Virus record (IMG/VR): IMGVR_UViG_3300028667_000050
Coordinates: 16,957 to 80,956 of that record
Reading direction: 5' to 3' (one strand)
Length of the DNA: 64,000 nucleotides
Source of the DNA: a virus
Lineage: Duplodnaviria > Caudoviricetes
Part shown: piece by piece, positions 9,583 through 20,072 of the stretch
How positions within the stretch are numbered: the first letter of the stretch is position 1
Layout: each line of letters opens with the position of its first letter
Notes under the pieces: generated by a model
What the model was told of the DNA's origin: nothing
Databases searched by the model: none
Seen by the model: only the letters and a program-made list of their open reading frames with translations
Position numbers and translations under genes: made by a program

Positions 9583-12500
9583 GCGATAGCAAGACCATGA
9601 CCGTATTTGTTAAGGCAGATATTGAGAATTTCTCCAAGAATATAGCCAACGTGGAAAAGAATATGAATAGCGTTTTCGGGGTAAAAACCATGAAAATGTC
9701 TAAGACTTTTGCTAAAGGCCTGGCTGCAGCGGCCTCTGCCTTAGGTGCTTTTGGAGCTGCCTGTATTGCTATGGCTGATCATGAGCAGGAAGTGGAACGT
9801 ACCTTCACCAGTCTTATAGGTAATGCCGACAAAGCTAAAAAGACACTTGCTGACCTGGCTGATTGGGCGACTAATGTTCCTTTTGACTTTGAGGATATGG
9901 AAAACGCCAGTAAAAAGCTGCTTGCCTACGGTGTAGCAGCCGAAGATGTGGTAGCTGTCTTAAATAACCTAGGGTAATGCTGCTGCCATGACAGGTAGCG
10001 GGCAGGCCGGTATTGATGCCATGACAGAAGCAATAGGACGCATGAGCATGACGGGGAAAGTAACTTCTCGTGATATGAAACAGCTCATTAATCAACAGGT
10101 AGATGCCTATAGGTATCTGGCTGATTATTTGGGTACGGATGTGGCAAGTGCTATGGACCAGGTAAAAGCAGGTACCGTAAGTGGCAAGGCTGCTGTAAGC
10201 GCTCTTATGCAAGGCATGCAGACGGACTTTGCCGGTGGCATGGATAATATTGAAAAATCCATGAGTGGTATGCTCGGTACCATGAAATATAACGTTACCT
10301 ATGCTATGAAAGCCATAGGCAAGGAACTGACTATTTCTACAGGATTGGATACTAGGATGGCAGAGCTTAATGAAGCTGTACGTGTTTTTGCAGTTTCCAT
10401 TAAGAACTATGGCATTAGCGAAACATTAAAGACCATGATTCCTCCTGAACTAATAGTAGCTATTGGTGCTTTTGGTGGTGTGATTATGGGTATTGCCGTA
10501 CCTGCACTTATTGCATTGGCTGCCCATGCCCTGGCTGCTATTGTAGCTATAGCTGGTGTTTCCTTACCGGTTCTTGCTGTGGCTGCAGTTATAGGTGCTG
10601 CGTTTGCCGTAGTAATGGTAGCGACCAAGGAACTGGGTGAGCTCTGGTTTTATACCTGGGAAAGCATAAAGTCCAAGACAGCCACGGTAGGCAATGCCAT
10701 CTTAGGGCAGTTGTGGGAGTTTGCCAGTCACAGCCCTAAAGTACCTGGCACCGATTCTTAACTTTTTCGGCATGGAAGATACAGTCAAGAACTGGACGCA
10801 GGCAGTCAGTGAGAATATTAAGCTTGCTACTGATGACATGAATGCTGCAGCCTTAAAGAATTCTGCCGACAGCATGGGTATGGATAAGGCCTGGGAAAAT
10901 ACCAAGAAAGCCTTAAGCGGTACCTTGGATAACATCAAGAATTTTAAGGAAACTAATAATATTGATTTAGACTATAAAGGCTGCCGGGCAGAAACAGTAC
11001 GGATGATGTTGGATACTGGCGAATCCGGCAAGGCAGCAGCGGACCTTGGTTCCATAAAAGCCGATGTTGCTAAGATTGCCTAAGACAACTGAATATGGCA
11101 AGCAGGCTGTAGATAACATGCGTAACCTGCAGGGCAAGATTGCCCTTTTATGCTGTCGATGGTACTAATGCATGAGAACTATTGGCATGGCCATGGAAGG
11201 TACACCTTTTGAAGGACTTATCAATGTGGATGATGCCTATGCGGTAGCCAAGAAAGAAGGCCTGGATAGAGATACTTCTTATCAGCCTAAAGCCGGCGAT
11301 ATTATCCTGGTGGGCGGTTATGATGCTAACGGTAACTGGAACCCTAGGATGCATGCGGCCATGGTTACAGAAAAGGGCGGTGTTATCCAAAATGGCAAGA
11401 GCCATGATGGTGTATGGGAATCAGACCTTACACCTCAGGAGATGTTTGGTGATGATATCACTGGCTATATAGCTACCAGCAATCTTTATACCAAGGGCAG
11501 TGTCAGTGAAAAGGCAAGCGCAGCTGATTTAAAGAAAAAGCTCTTGACTGGGAAAGCACGGTTAATTCCATTAAGGATAAGGCCGGTGATTTGGCAAGAA
11601 ATGTTTCTAATCGTATGGGACTTATTGATTTGACCGGTGTCAGAAAAGAATTTGTAGAAACCAAGCAGGGATGTACCAAGAGCATTACTGATATGGAGCG
11701 TTCCTACAGGGACTTGGCTTTGGATTATGCGAAAAGCACTAGCCAGTGAGCAGGAAGTAATGAGAAATGCCTGGAAGGAATCCGGACTGGAATTTGAAAC
11801 CATAGAGGTGGCAGGGTATCTTTTGCTAAGCAAGTAGGCCAAGGAACGTACCCTTATTGAGGAAGAAACTCAGGAAAAGATAAAGGCTTTGAACTATGAC
11901 AGGCAGAAATACCTGGATGATCTGGACAAAGCTAAGAATGAGGGAGACTATTGGCAAGCTGAGTGAACTTTTAAGCACTGAGGATGCTAAGTAATAACCT
12001 TAGACTGGAAAATGCTCAGAACTTTGCGGATGAATATGAAAGCTCTGGAAAGATGCCAATACTACTTTTAAGGAAAGTTTCCTTGGTTCTATTAGGGACG
12101 TGGAAGGAACTTTTAGTGACTTCTTTACCAGTGTTATTTCTGGACAGAAGAGCCTTAAAGATGCCTTTGTGGACTTATTGCAGTCTTTCATTAACATGAT
12201 AGCTGAGATGGTAGCTCGTTGGGCTGCCGCACAGATTACACAGCAGATATTTGGAGCTTTTGGACTTCTTCCCAAAAATAATAACAATAATAGCTCTAGT
12301 GTTATTTCTGTCTTTGGCTCTGCTGCGTCAGCATCACTGTTCCAAAGAAATGCCAGTGGCGGTGCTGTTAGCGGTTTAACCTTGGTAGGTGAACAGGGAC
12401 CTGAGCTTTTATACCTGAATCACTCTTCCAGGATATTTAATAACAGAGATACCAGAGCCATTATGGGCGGTGGCAGCGTAAATATGTATGTGAATACGCC

Positions 12501-12585
12501 TGATGCAGAGAGCTTTAAGCAGTCCAGGGCACAGATCAGTGCAGGTCTTGCCGGCATGATTGCCAGAGGGAGGCGTAATACTTAA
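9579..12585 (+). pseudogene. Tape measure protein, broken into at least 6 frames as sequenced
   Basis: Tape-measure N-domain (TPF-like NVPFDF, KLLAYG), Ala-rich helices, TM-like stretch, C-terminal ASGG..GEQGPEL. Confidence 0.85.
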
Positions 12586-13267
12586 TGAGTAGTTATTTTC
12601 ATGAAGTTAGGTTTCCTTTAAGCATTGGCTGCCGGTCTCTACCTTTGGCCCAAGCTACAGTACTGATATTGTGCAGATGCCAAACGGGGCAGAGCAGCGT
12701 AATGTTAACTGGCAGTATCCTAGGTGCTCTGGCAGTGTTTCTTTGGGAGTAAAAGAAGAAGGAGAGTTTTATAAGCTTTTGGTATTTCTTTCACAATCGC
12801 TTGTGGCAAGGCTTATGGCTTTCGTTTTATGATTATTTTGACCATACCGGGTGACCGTGAATACTTAGGCCGTGGCGACAGTGCCAATAAAGGTGTTTCA
12901 GCTGAGAAAGTATTATATAGACGAAGAACTGTGGATTGCCAAGGAAAGAAAGATTTTAAAGCCGATTGCAGATACAGTCCATGTCTATTTTGTGCCCATT
13001 GGAGAAAAGGAAACACTATCTTGGCAACGAGCCTTGGAAATAAGAAGCAAAAAGAAGGCACATGAGCAAAACCTAAACTGGAGCGTGGATATTACGACAG
13101 GGGTATGGTTACTTTTACAGAAGCACCTCCGGTAAATACTTTAGTTATGGCAAGCTTTGAGTTTGATGTACCGGTGCGCTTTGATACTGATTCCATGCCT
13201 GCAAGCTGGGAGTTGGTACAGGCAGCAGGATGGACTGACTATACCATTGATAGAACTTAAGTTTTAG
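12585..13267 (+). pseudogene. DUF2460 (RcGTA g12-like distal tail) protein, frameshifted as sequenced
   Basis: FHEVRFP, GAEQRNVNW, FEFDVPVRFDTD read manually across frames. Confidence 0.8.
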
Positions 13268-13314
13268 TGTAAACTTAATGCTGTATTTAAAAGCTTTTTG
13301 ATTGGAGTAGGAAT

Positions 13315-13687
13315 GTGGGACAAGTTAGTAAAATAGGGGCATTTAGTAGCTCTGTTATAAAACTCTTGAATTTAGATATTCCGATTAATACGCCAATATT
13401 TATAGGAGAAAGCAATATCCTTCATATGAAGAATAACCATCCTGTTGATTTTGAGAAGTACTTTCCTGTAATGGCAGGAAATAATTGCAGAACCAGACTA
13501 TGTTTGTATTAATAAAAAGATGGTTCTTTAGAGTACGTTAAAGAATACAAACCAGATCAGGTTAAAGTAGCTGTTAGAGTATCAACTAATGGTACATATT
13601 ACGCTAGAACTTTATATGTTTTGAACTAATCAAAGAGTGCTAGATTTTATAGAAAAAGGTATTTTAAAACGTGTAAAGCAAAGTTGA
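13315..13687 (+). CDS. PBECR3-like (Barnase/EndoU/ColicinE5/RelE fold) nuclease moron; about 2 indels
   Basis: IFIGESNILHMKNNHP.DFEKY, then II..PDYVCIN.KD.SLEYVKEY..VKVAVRVS.NG.YYARTLY; AT-rich. Confidence 0.7.
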
Positions 13688-13712
13688 CAAAAAATATTTT
13701 ACCTATTATACT
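13684..13712 (+). promoter_or_regulatory. SigA-type promoter TTGACA-N17-TATACT
   Basis: Exact -35 consensus, 17-nt spacer; overlaps the PBECR stop codon. Confidence 0.8.
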
Positions 13713-13722
13713 ATCTATAAGA

Positions 13723-13816
13723 GATAGGGATTTGAGGGCGGAACAGGCAGCCGCCGCCAGATAGCCGCAAGGCTTGAATAGGAGATGTGGAAGTGTCATC
13801 CACCTAATCCTTTATC
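13723..13816 (+). ncRNA. Candidate cloverleaf (4-way junction) small RNA
   Basis: Closing stem 13723-32/13806-16 plus three hairpins; own promoter upstream, terminator hairpins downstream. Confidence 0.6.
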
Positions 13817-13821
13817 GGCTA

Positions 13822-13910
13822 TTAGCGCTGTACTACGTTTTGCGTGGTGCAGCGTTAATTTTATCAAAATTTATATCTTAGGCACTGTGCTATTTAGCAT
13901 GGTGCTTTTT
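13822..13910 (+). terminator. Two strong hairpins, the second followed by a T-run
   Basis: 16-bp stem 13822-13858; gcactgtgcta/tagcatggtgc-TTTTT 13882-13910. Confidence 0.65.
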
Positions 13911-13923
13911 ATTGGGAGGTTTT

Positions 13924-14285
13924 ATGAGTGTCTTAAGCATTTACGGCGGTGACGTCACGGCCGGAAGCATTGATGGAGATTTAATAACGACAGAAAGAAA
14001 AATAGCTCTTAAAGGCACGAGGGGAATCCGGTAACGAAAACCTATGCCTTAAGAGCTATTAGTACATCTAAGCCAGCCTGTGTTGTGAAGATTACTTTAG
14101 ATGGTCCGCAGAAAGATTGGTTTGCTATCTCTTTAGATGGCGCAAAATGGGGACAGAGAATTGACATTCCGTATATTAAAGACGAGAATGTCTTATTTTT
14201 TATCAGGTGCAATATACCGGAAGATGCAGATTACGGAGATAACACTGCTAACTTCCTTAACTTAGACTATTTTGGAGGTGTGTAG
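13924..14285 (+). CDS. Hypothetical tail-module protein, paralog 1 (one indel)
   Basis: GGGAGG RBS; MSVLSIYGGDVTAGSIDG...; joins ORF 14085-14285. Confidence 0.55.
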
Positions 14286-14286
14286 C

Positions 14287-14730
14287 TTGGCACTACATTT
14301 TTATATAAACGGAACGGAAGGCGGGCAGGACGGAGAGAACTAAGTAATGGCGATTTCACCAAGCCATTTGTCTGTTTGATGGCTTCTATCCCGGAACTGG
14401 CGTAACGCTTTATAAGGCATTACCGATATATATCAGGCGGATGGCAGGAGAAACCTACTATTTGGTGCAAGGTGGAGATAAGGGGAAACTCAGCCTTGAA
14501 ATTTCAGTTTTGATAATACCGTTGGCCATAATGGTGGATACTATGGTATAGTACTAATGATTACGTATTCTACAACAATACTTATTATTACAAGGGTGGC
14601 AAAATACTTGGCAAGGTAGGAGATACCAACAAAAAGATAATGGTGCTTGCTGCAGCCAGCGGGGACGAGACCAATAGTCCGGATCTAACCACAAAAATAT
14701 ATGCAAGGAGTTGTTACAATGGCGCATCTT
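14287..14730 (+). CDS. Hypothetical tail-module protein, paralog 2 (indels)
   Basis: MALHFYINGTEGGQDG.ELS read manually; end approximate. Confidence 0.45.
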
Positions 14731-15179
14731 AAATTATATTTGAACGGTACTCCTGGAGGAACTGATGGGGAGGAGTTAACAGACAGCACAGTCATAAAGG
14801 GTATCATGACCAATTCCCAGGCCAGTAGATATACTTATGGAGGAAAGGATACATATTATGGAGCATCGGTTCTGCCTGTCTGCTTGCGGTGCGATGCCGG
14901 TTTTAAGGCTACCAATGTAGTTTTAAAAAATATCACAAATGTATATTCTCTGCTAGGCTATATCAATAGCACAATGTATTTTGCCATAGACAACTTAGAT
15001 ACGTTTAAGAACGTTGTGAAAAATCTAGCTTCGGTATTAGCGGTATTCAAGATTCTATGACGTTTAGCGTTGGCAATACCAATGTCATGATTATTCTCGT
15101 GATAGAAGCAGCAAGCACTGATACAACTAACCTAGTTGATTTATTCTCTGTGTCCTATGTGGAGGATGAAACGGCATGA
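14719..15179 (+). CDS. Hypothetical tail-module protein, paralog 3 (one indel)
   Basis: AAGGAG RBS; MAHLKLYLNGTPGGTDGEELT. Confidence 0.55.
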
Positions 15180-16464
15180 GCATAGTGTTGACGGTTTCTG
15201 CAAGCAGGCTTATCGGGACAACAGGCGATGGTGAGATGGCTGGGGACTTGAAAAGAATATATAGTGCTACTCCAGTTACAGTCAGTTGTTTGAGAGCCAT
15301 TAATACAGCAGGAGACACAGAAATAGTTGGAGACGTTAGCAGGGTTTATCAGCAAGGTGGTGCTATTGTAAGTGCTTTAAGAGCTATAGATAGTTCCGGG
15401 GATAGGGAATTGTCAGGAGATTTGGAACGCATTTATCAGCCCGGCGGTATCATTGCCAAGGCACCAAGAGCTATAAATACTGCAGGTGACAATGAAATAA
15501 AAGGTGATTTTCTTAGGATCTGCTTTGTCACTTTGGCGCATATGGCAGAAGATAGTTACATAATCCTTACGGTGGAACAGCCTTATGGTATTCCCTGGAT
15601 GGAGAATGAAATAGTCCATAGCGCTTGGTGCTGGAAGGTGACTAGGACAGATGGTGTAGTTCTTGGCTTTACTTCTCACGATGAGGACATCGAATATAAC
15701 GGAGTGGTGTATAAGGCATCAACAGGATTTGCGCCTACTGCAGTTTCCACAAGCGGTGACATGGCGGTGGACAACCTTGATGCTGAAGGTATGCTGAGAG
15801 GTGGTGCCATTACTGCAGAAGATCTGCGCAAGGGTATTTATACCAACGCTGCAATTGAAGTGTTTCTAATTAACTACCAAAATACCAAAGATGAGATATT
15901 CCTTTTACGCAAAGGCATAATTGGTGAAGTAACCTATGGCAAGAACGGTTTTAAGGCTGAGATAAGAGGACTCATGGAAGCATATCAGCAGCAAAGCGGT
16001 AAGTATACCAGAAGAGCTGTAGGGTGGCCCTGGGCAGCAAAGAATGCGGTATGTATATGCCTAACTGGACTTATACAGGCACAGTTACAGGAATTCAGGA
16101 GGATGGTTCGTTTGTCATAGATGTTAAGAAGGCGGAGGACTTTTTTGATTATGGTGTGATTGCCTGGCAGATGGGGAAAAATGCTGGTAGTCAGATGGAA
16201 GTAAAGAAGTATTATTCCACAGGCAAGACAGAGCTATTCCTTCCAATGGCTTATGCAGTAGGATTAGGTGATACTTTTCAAATAACCGCCGGTTGTGATG
16301 GCAATGCTACCACCTGCAGAAATAGGTTTAACAACCTGGCTAACTTCAGGGGAGAGCCTTATATCATTGGCAACTCCTATTCAGCAAGCTATCCGGTAAG
16401 TGCATCAGACAACATCGTATCTGAGGGCGGAGATGTAAGAGTAGGAGCATATAAGTGGGAATAG
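15176..16464 (+). CDS. DUF2163/BR0599 (RcGTA g13-like baseplate hub) with N-terminal repeats; indel near 16020
   Basis: CWKVTRTDGVVLGFTSHD, AEIRGL, GCDG...CRNRFNNLANFRGEPYI. Confidence 0.85.
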
Positions 16465-16532
16465 TTGCTTTTTTGGATAACCACTAGTATGATAAACATG
16501 AAATTAATTTTAACATCTTTTTAGAGGCATAT

Positions 16533-16975
16533 ATGAAATATAATCGTATATTGAATATTTTCTTTATCAGCGTTTTGGTTGGCACATATATAAACGCATC
16601 TGGATTTCATTATACAGATAAGAATGTTTTTGGTATGTTGATTTTTCCGGCCCAATCTAGCTACAGAGGTGCTTCATTTTGATGAGTTTTGCTGATTTTT
16701 CTTTTGTTTATACAATTTGCAGCGTTATATTCTGCGTTGATCAGTTTATCTCTCCTGAGTATTACAAGAAATTATTGGAATACAAGTATTTTAATGAAAA
16801 TCTAAACGTTATGTTTTGCATACCTATAATTAATTTGCCATTTATGCTTACAGTACTAACTTGTGATTTTAATAAAGAGTTAGAAGGCAAAGATTTAATT
16901 CTTGGTGTTGTCCTGTTCATCTTGTATTTTATTAGTCTTATTGGTGTCGTTCTTAAGTTTATGTATAATCATTAA
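16533..16975 (+). CDS. AT-rich integral membrane protein (moron); one indel
   Basis: Hydrophobic segments; promoter TTGCTT-N17-TATGAT at 16465-16493; terminator at 16986-17013. Confidence 0.55.
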
Positions 16976-17025
16976 TTTGCAAGTAGCATCGCTCAAATGG
17001 GCGGTGCTATTTTTATACCTATTTA

Positions 17026-17118
17026 CATAAAAAGAAAACCTTTCATAACTATCAGGTATCGACTTTCGGCGCCAAAGCTGATAATCATAAAAGGCTTTCT
17101 TATATTTTTATTATACCA
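17026..17118 (-). ncRNA. Candidate long-hairpin small RNA with its own extended -10 promoter
   Basis: TGGTATAAT on - strand (17118-17110); about 24-bp stem 17031-17054/17077-17100 ending in a U-run. Confidence 0.45.
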
Positions 17119-17154
17119 GAGAATTTTATTATTGCCATCATGGGAGGTGATAGC

Positions 17155-17586
17155 ATGAAACGAAGTGAAATAGTAAAAGAAGCAGAAGGTTGGATTGGTA
17201 CAAAATGGCAGCACCAGCAGGCTACGAAACAGGTAGCTTGTGATTGTGCAGGCCTGGCTAGGGGTGTATATGCCAATCTTACCGGTACGCAGGTGGAGAT
17301 AATGGATTACCCTGCTACTTGGCACTTGTTTAAGAAGGAAGAGCGCCTATATGAAACCTGCAAAGAAATAATGGATGAGATTAGGCTTTCAGATATCAAG
17401 GCCGGAGATATTTTGCTCTTTGCTTTTAGACCTAGCTTTGTCTGCCATCACCTTGGTATATATACAGGCAAGGGCACTTTTATTCATAGCGACATGGATG
17501 CAGGCAAGGTTATTGTCAGCAGGTTGGACAGTTTTTGGAAGAGCAGGCTTAGATGTGCTTTTAGGTTTAGAGAGGTGGAGGATTAA
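17155..17586 (+). CDS. NlpC/P60 virion peptidase (RcGTA g14-like)
   Basis: W.GT.W.HQ...CDCAGL, GDILLF, HHLGI, FIHS. Confidence 0.9.
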   Translation: MKRSEIVKEAEGWIGTKWQHQQATKQVACDCAGLARGVYANLTGTQVEIMDYPATWHLFKKEERLYETCKEIMDEIRLSDIKAGDILLFAFRPSFVCHHLGIYTGKGTFIHSDMDAGKVIVSRLDSFWKSRLRCAFRFREVED

Positions 17587-19812
17587 TGGCTACACTTGGT
17601 GCGTCCTTATTTCTTGCTGCTAACCACATGAGCCTGTTTGCTTCTTTCCTGATCATGACGGCTGCCACGGTGGTAGATAACTATCTAATATCTTCATTGT
17701 CCTCCGGTACCAAGGTAACCCAGGCAAGGTTGACGATTTGTCTGTCCAGACTTGTACGGTGGGCAGTGCTATATCCAAAGGGTATGGGAAAGTAAGACTT
17801 ACCGGCAATATCATATGGGGAACTAAATACACGGAGCATATTAAACAAACAACCAGTTCTGCAGGAGGCAAGGGTGGTGGAGGAGCCAAGACTACTACCA
17901 CCACCTATTCCTATTCTGCATCTTTTGCCATTGCCTTGGCAGAAGGGCCTATTGTGGGTGTAAGTGCTGTGTGGGCAGATGGCAATGCTATTTCCTTAGA
18001 TGACCTGGACTACAGGCTGTACTATGGTACCGAAAACCAGATGCCCGATGAATTTATGGAGGCCATAGAAGGGGCAGGCAACGTTCCTGCCTACAGGGGC
18101 CTGGCCTATATCGTTTTCAAAAATGTCTTGCTTACGGATTATGGTAACAGGATACCTACTTTTAGTTTTGTAGTAGAGTTCCCAAAAAGTAATCTGAAAG
18201 ACATTGTGGAAGATATTAGTGCCGATGCAGGGCTTATTCTGCAGCAAGAAGTTGATGCCGCTGCCTTATCTAACCTTTCAGTGGATGGCTTTATTCGCAA
18301 TGGTTCTAAAACCTTTAGAGAACAGATGGAAGAATTAAGAGTGGTACATGTCTTTGATGGAACAGAACGCTTTGGCAAGATAGTCTTTGCTCCCAGAAGT
18401 TTTTCCACGGTTATACCTATTTCCAAGGGAGAGATAGGAGCCTTTGAAAATAAAGCAGGAGAGGAGCCTATTGAAACATCAATACAGTATGATATGGAGT
18501 TGCCCAAACGGCTGACCATTAGTTATCTTTCTAAGGATAACGATTACCAGACGGGTATACAAACAGGATATCGGCAGCTGACGGGTGCCATAAGCGAGAA
18601 AAGTTTATCTACTAATGTAGTAATGTCCGATAGCGCAGCCAAGTCCGTAGCTGAAATGAGACTTTACGAACTTTGGATGGCAAGGACAACTCATGAATTC
18701 AAGCTGCCTATGAAGTATGGCTACGTACTGCCTGGTGATGTCCTGCAGCTTAATATGCCCAACGATACCGGCAGCCAGCTGGTGGTAGTAACCAAGGCCA
18801 ACTTTGGCAGGCCGGGACTTAACGTAATCTCAGCTTCAAATGTAAATGCCATGAACTATACTTTGGTAACAAGACCGGTAGATGAAACGCCGGAAGCCAT
18901 TATCAGTACACCAAGCGAGGTGTTTGCCTTTATCTTGGACTACCCAAAGGTATCCATAGACACTTCCAGTGGTGATGATTACGTCTACATTGCCGTAGGA
19001 GCAAAGAATTTCTATGGTGCTAATATTTATAGGTCTTATGATGCCGGGGTAAGCTACGAGCACCAGCTGACATTTACAGGTACAGCTACCTTTGGTGAAA
19101 CACTGACAGCTTTAGGTAGTGCTTATCCGGAGTATTGGGACAATGGCCATACTGTAGATGTGAAGCTTACAGCGGGTACTTTGGAAAGCCACACCAAGGC
19201 AGAAGTACTAAATTTTGCCAATGCTGCCGTAGTAGGAGACGAAGTTATCCAGTTCATGACGGCAGAACTTATTGCTGAAGATACCTACAGGCTGAAAGGC
19301 CTGCTGAGAGGCAGGAACGGTACTGAGCATAGAATGGAGAACCACCAAATTGGTGAACGTTTTGTGCTTTTGAACAGCACCGGTATTTCAGCTCTGCCCA
19401 TAAGCAAGAGCGACTGGTATACAGATGTGAACCTTAGAATTGGTCCAAGGGCCAACAGCGTAATAAACGACAGCTATAAGAACTATACTTTTCAGCCACA
19501 GGGAGAGATGTACAGGCCTTGGAGTGTTTGCTCCTTAAAAACCAAAAGGTGGATGGAAATATAGTAATTACCTGGAAACGCAGGACCAGAAAAGATGGTG
19601 CATGGAAAGATTATGCTGATGTGCCATTGTCTGAGAATACAGAGGCCTATGAGATAGAAGTGTTAGATAAAGATAATAAAGTATTACGCACTACGGCGGT
19701 AAGTCAGGAAAGCTACACGTATGATGGCACTGTTGCTGGTGCTTATAAAGTTAAGGTTTATCAGATTAGTGAAGTAAGAGGTAGAGGGATAGAAGCTGAA
19801 ATAGTTATTTAG
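17586..19812 (+). CDS. Tail/baseplate host-specificity protein (RcGTA g15-like); indels near 17740 and 19545
   Basis: YSYSASFAIALAEGPI, PAYRGLAY, L.DYGNRIP, LLRGRNGTE, ITWKRRTR. Confidence 0.88.
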
Positions 19813-19814
19813 AG

Positions 19815-20055
19815 CAAAAAAAAACAAAACATTGCTTTATAGTAAGGCCCCATCTCTTACTTCCACTACCGACAGTGGAGCAGTTATGAATGGTTCAGAC
19901 ACTAATAAAGTCGGAAGTGCTGAGCAGGGGGGGGCATAACAGCATAAAGCAATGTTTTATTTAAGAATAAGCTAGTTAATTTCTTTATGACCATAAAGGT
20001 TTACAAGAAACACTTTTCTTGCCTAGAATATAGCATTAAAAAATTTGAAAGTCAA
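19815..20055. ncRNA. Candidate structured small RNA bounded by a perfect 15-bp inverted repeat
   Basis: AAAACATTGCTTTAT 19826-40 / ATAAAGCAATGTTTT 19944-58; minus-strand TTGACT-N17-TATATT at 20055-20027; functional strand uncertain. Confidence 0.5.
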
Positions 20056-20072
20056 TAAAAGGAGCTGATGCT

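Noticed and set aside
3764-13267. Programmed frameshifting or phase variation as the cause of split structural genes
   Set aside because: Too many independent sites in essential genes; homopolymer indels fit sequencing error better (tail chaperone excepted)
13723-13816. Genuine tRNA gene
   Set aside because: Cloverleaf-like but lacks the TTC T-loop, D-loop GG and canonical arm lengths
17023-17088. Peptide MIISFGAESRYLIVMKGFLFM on the minus strand
   Set aside because: No RBS; lies wholly within a long hairpin better explained as RNA structure
19826-19958. Retron msr-msd (a1/a2 inverted repeats) or DGR template
   Set aside because: No reverse transcriptase in the window and no matching variable repeat seen
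19900-19995. 30-aa minus-strand ORF (MVIKKLTSLF…) downstream of the 20055 promoter as a type I toxin
   Set aside because: No RBS, not clearly a TM helix, and its frame depends on an 8-G homopolymer
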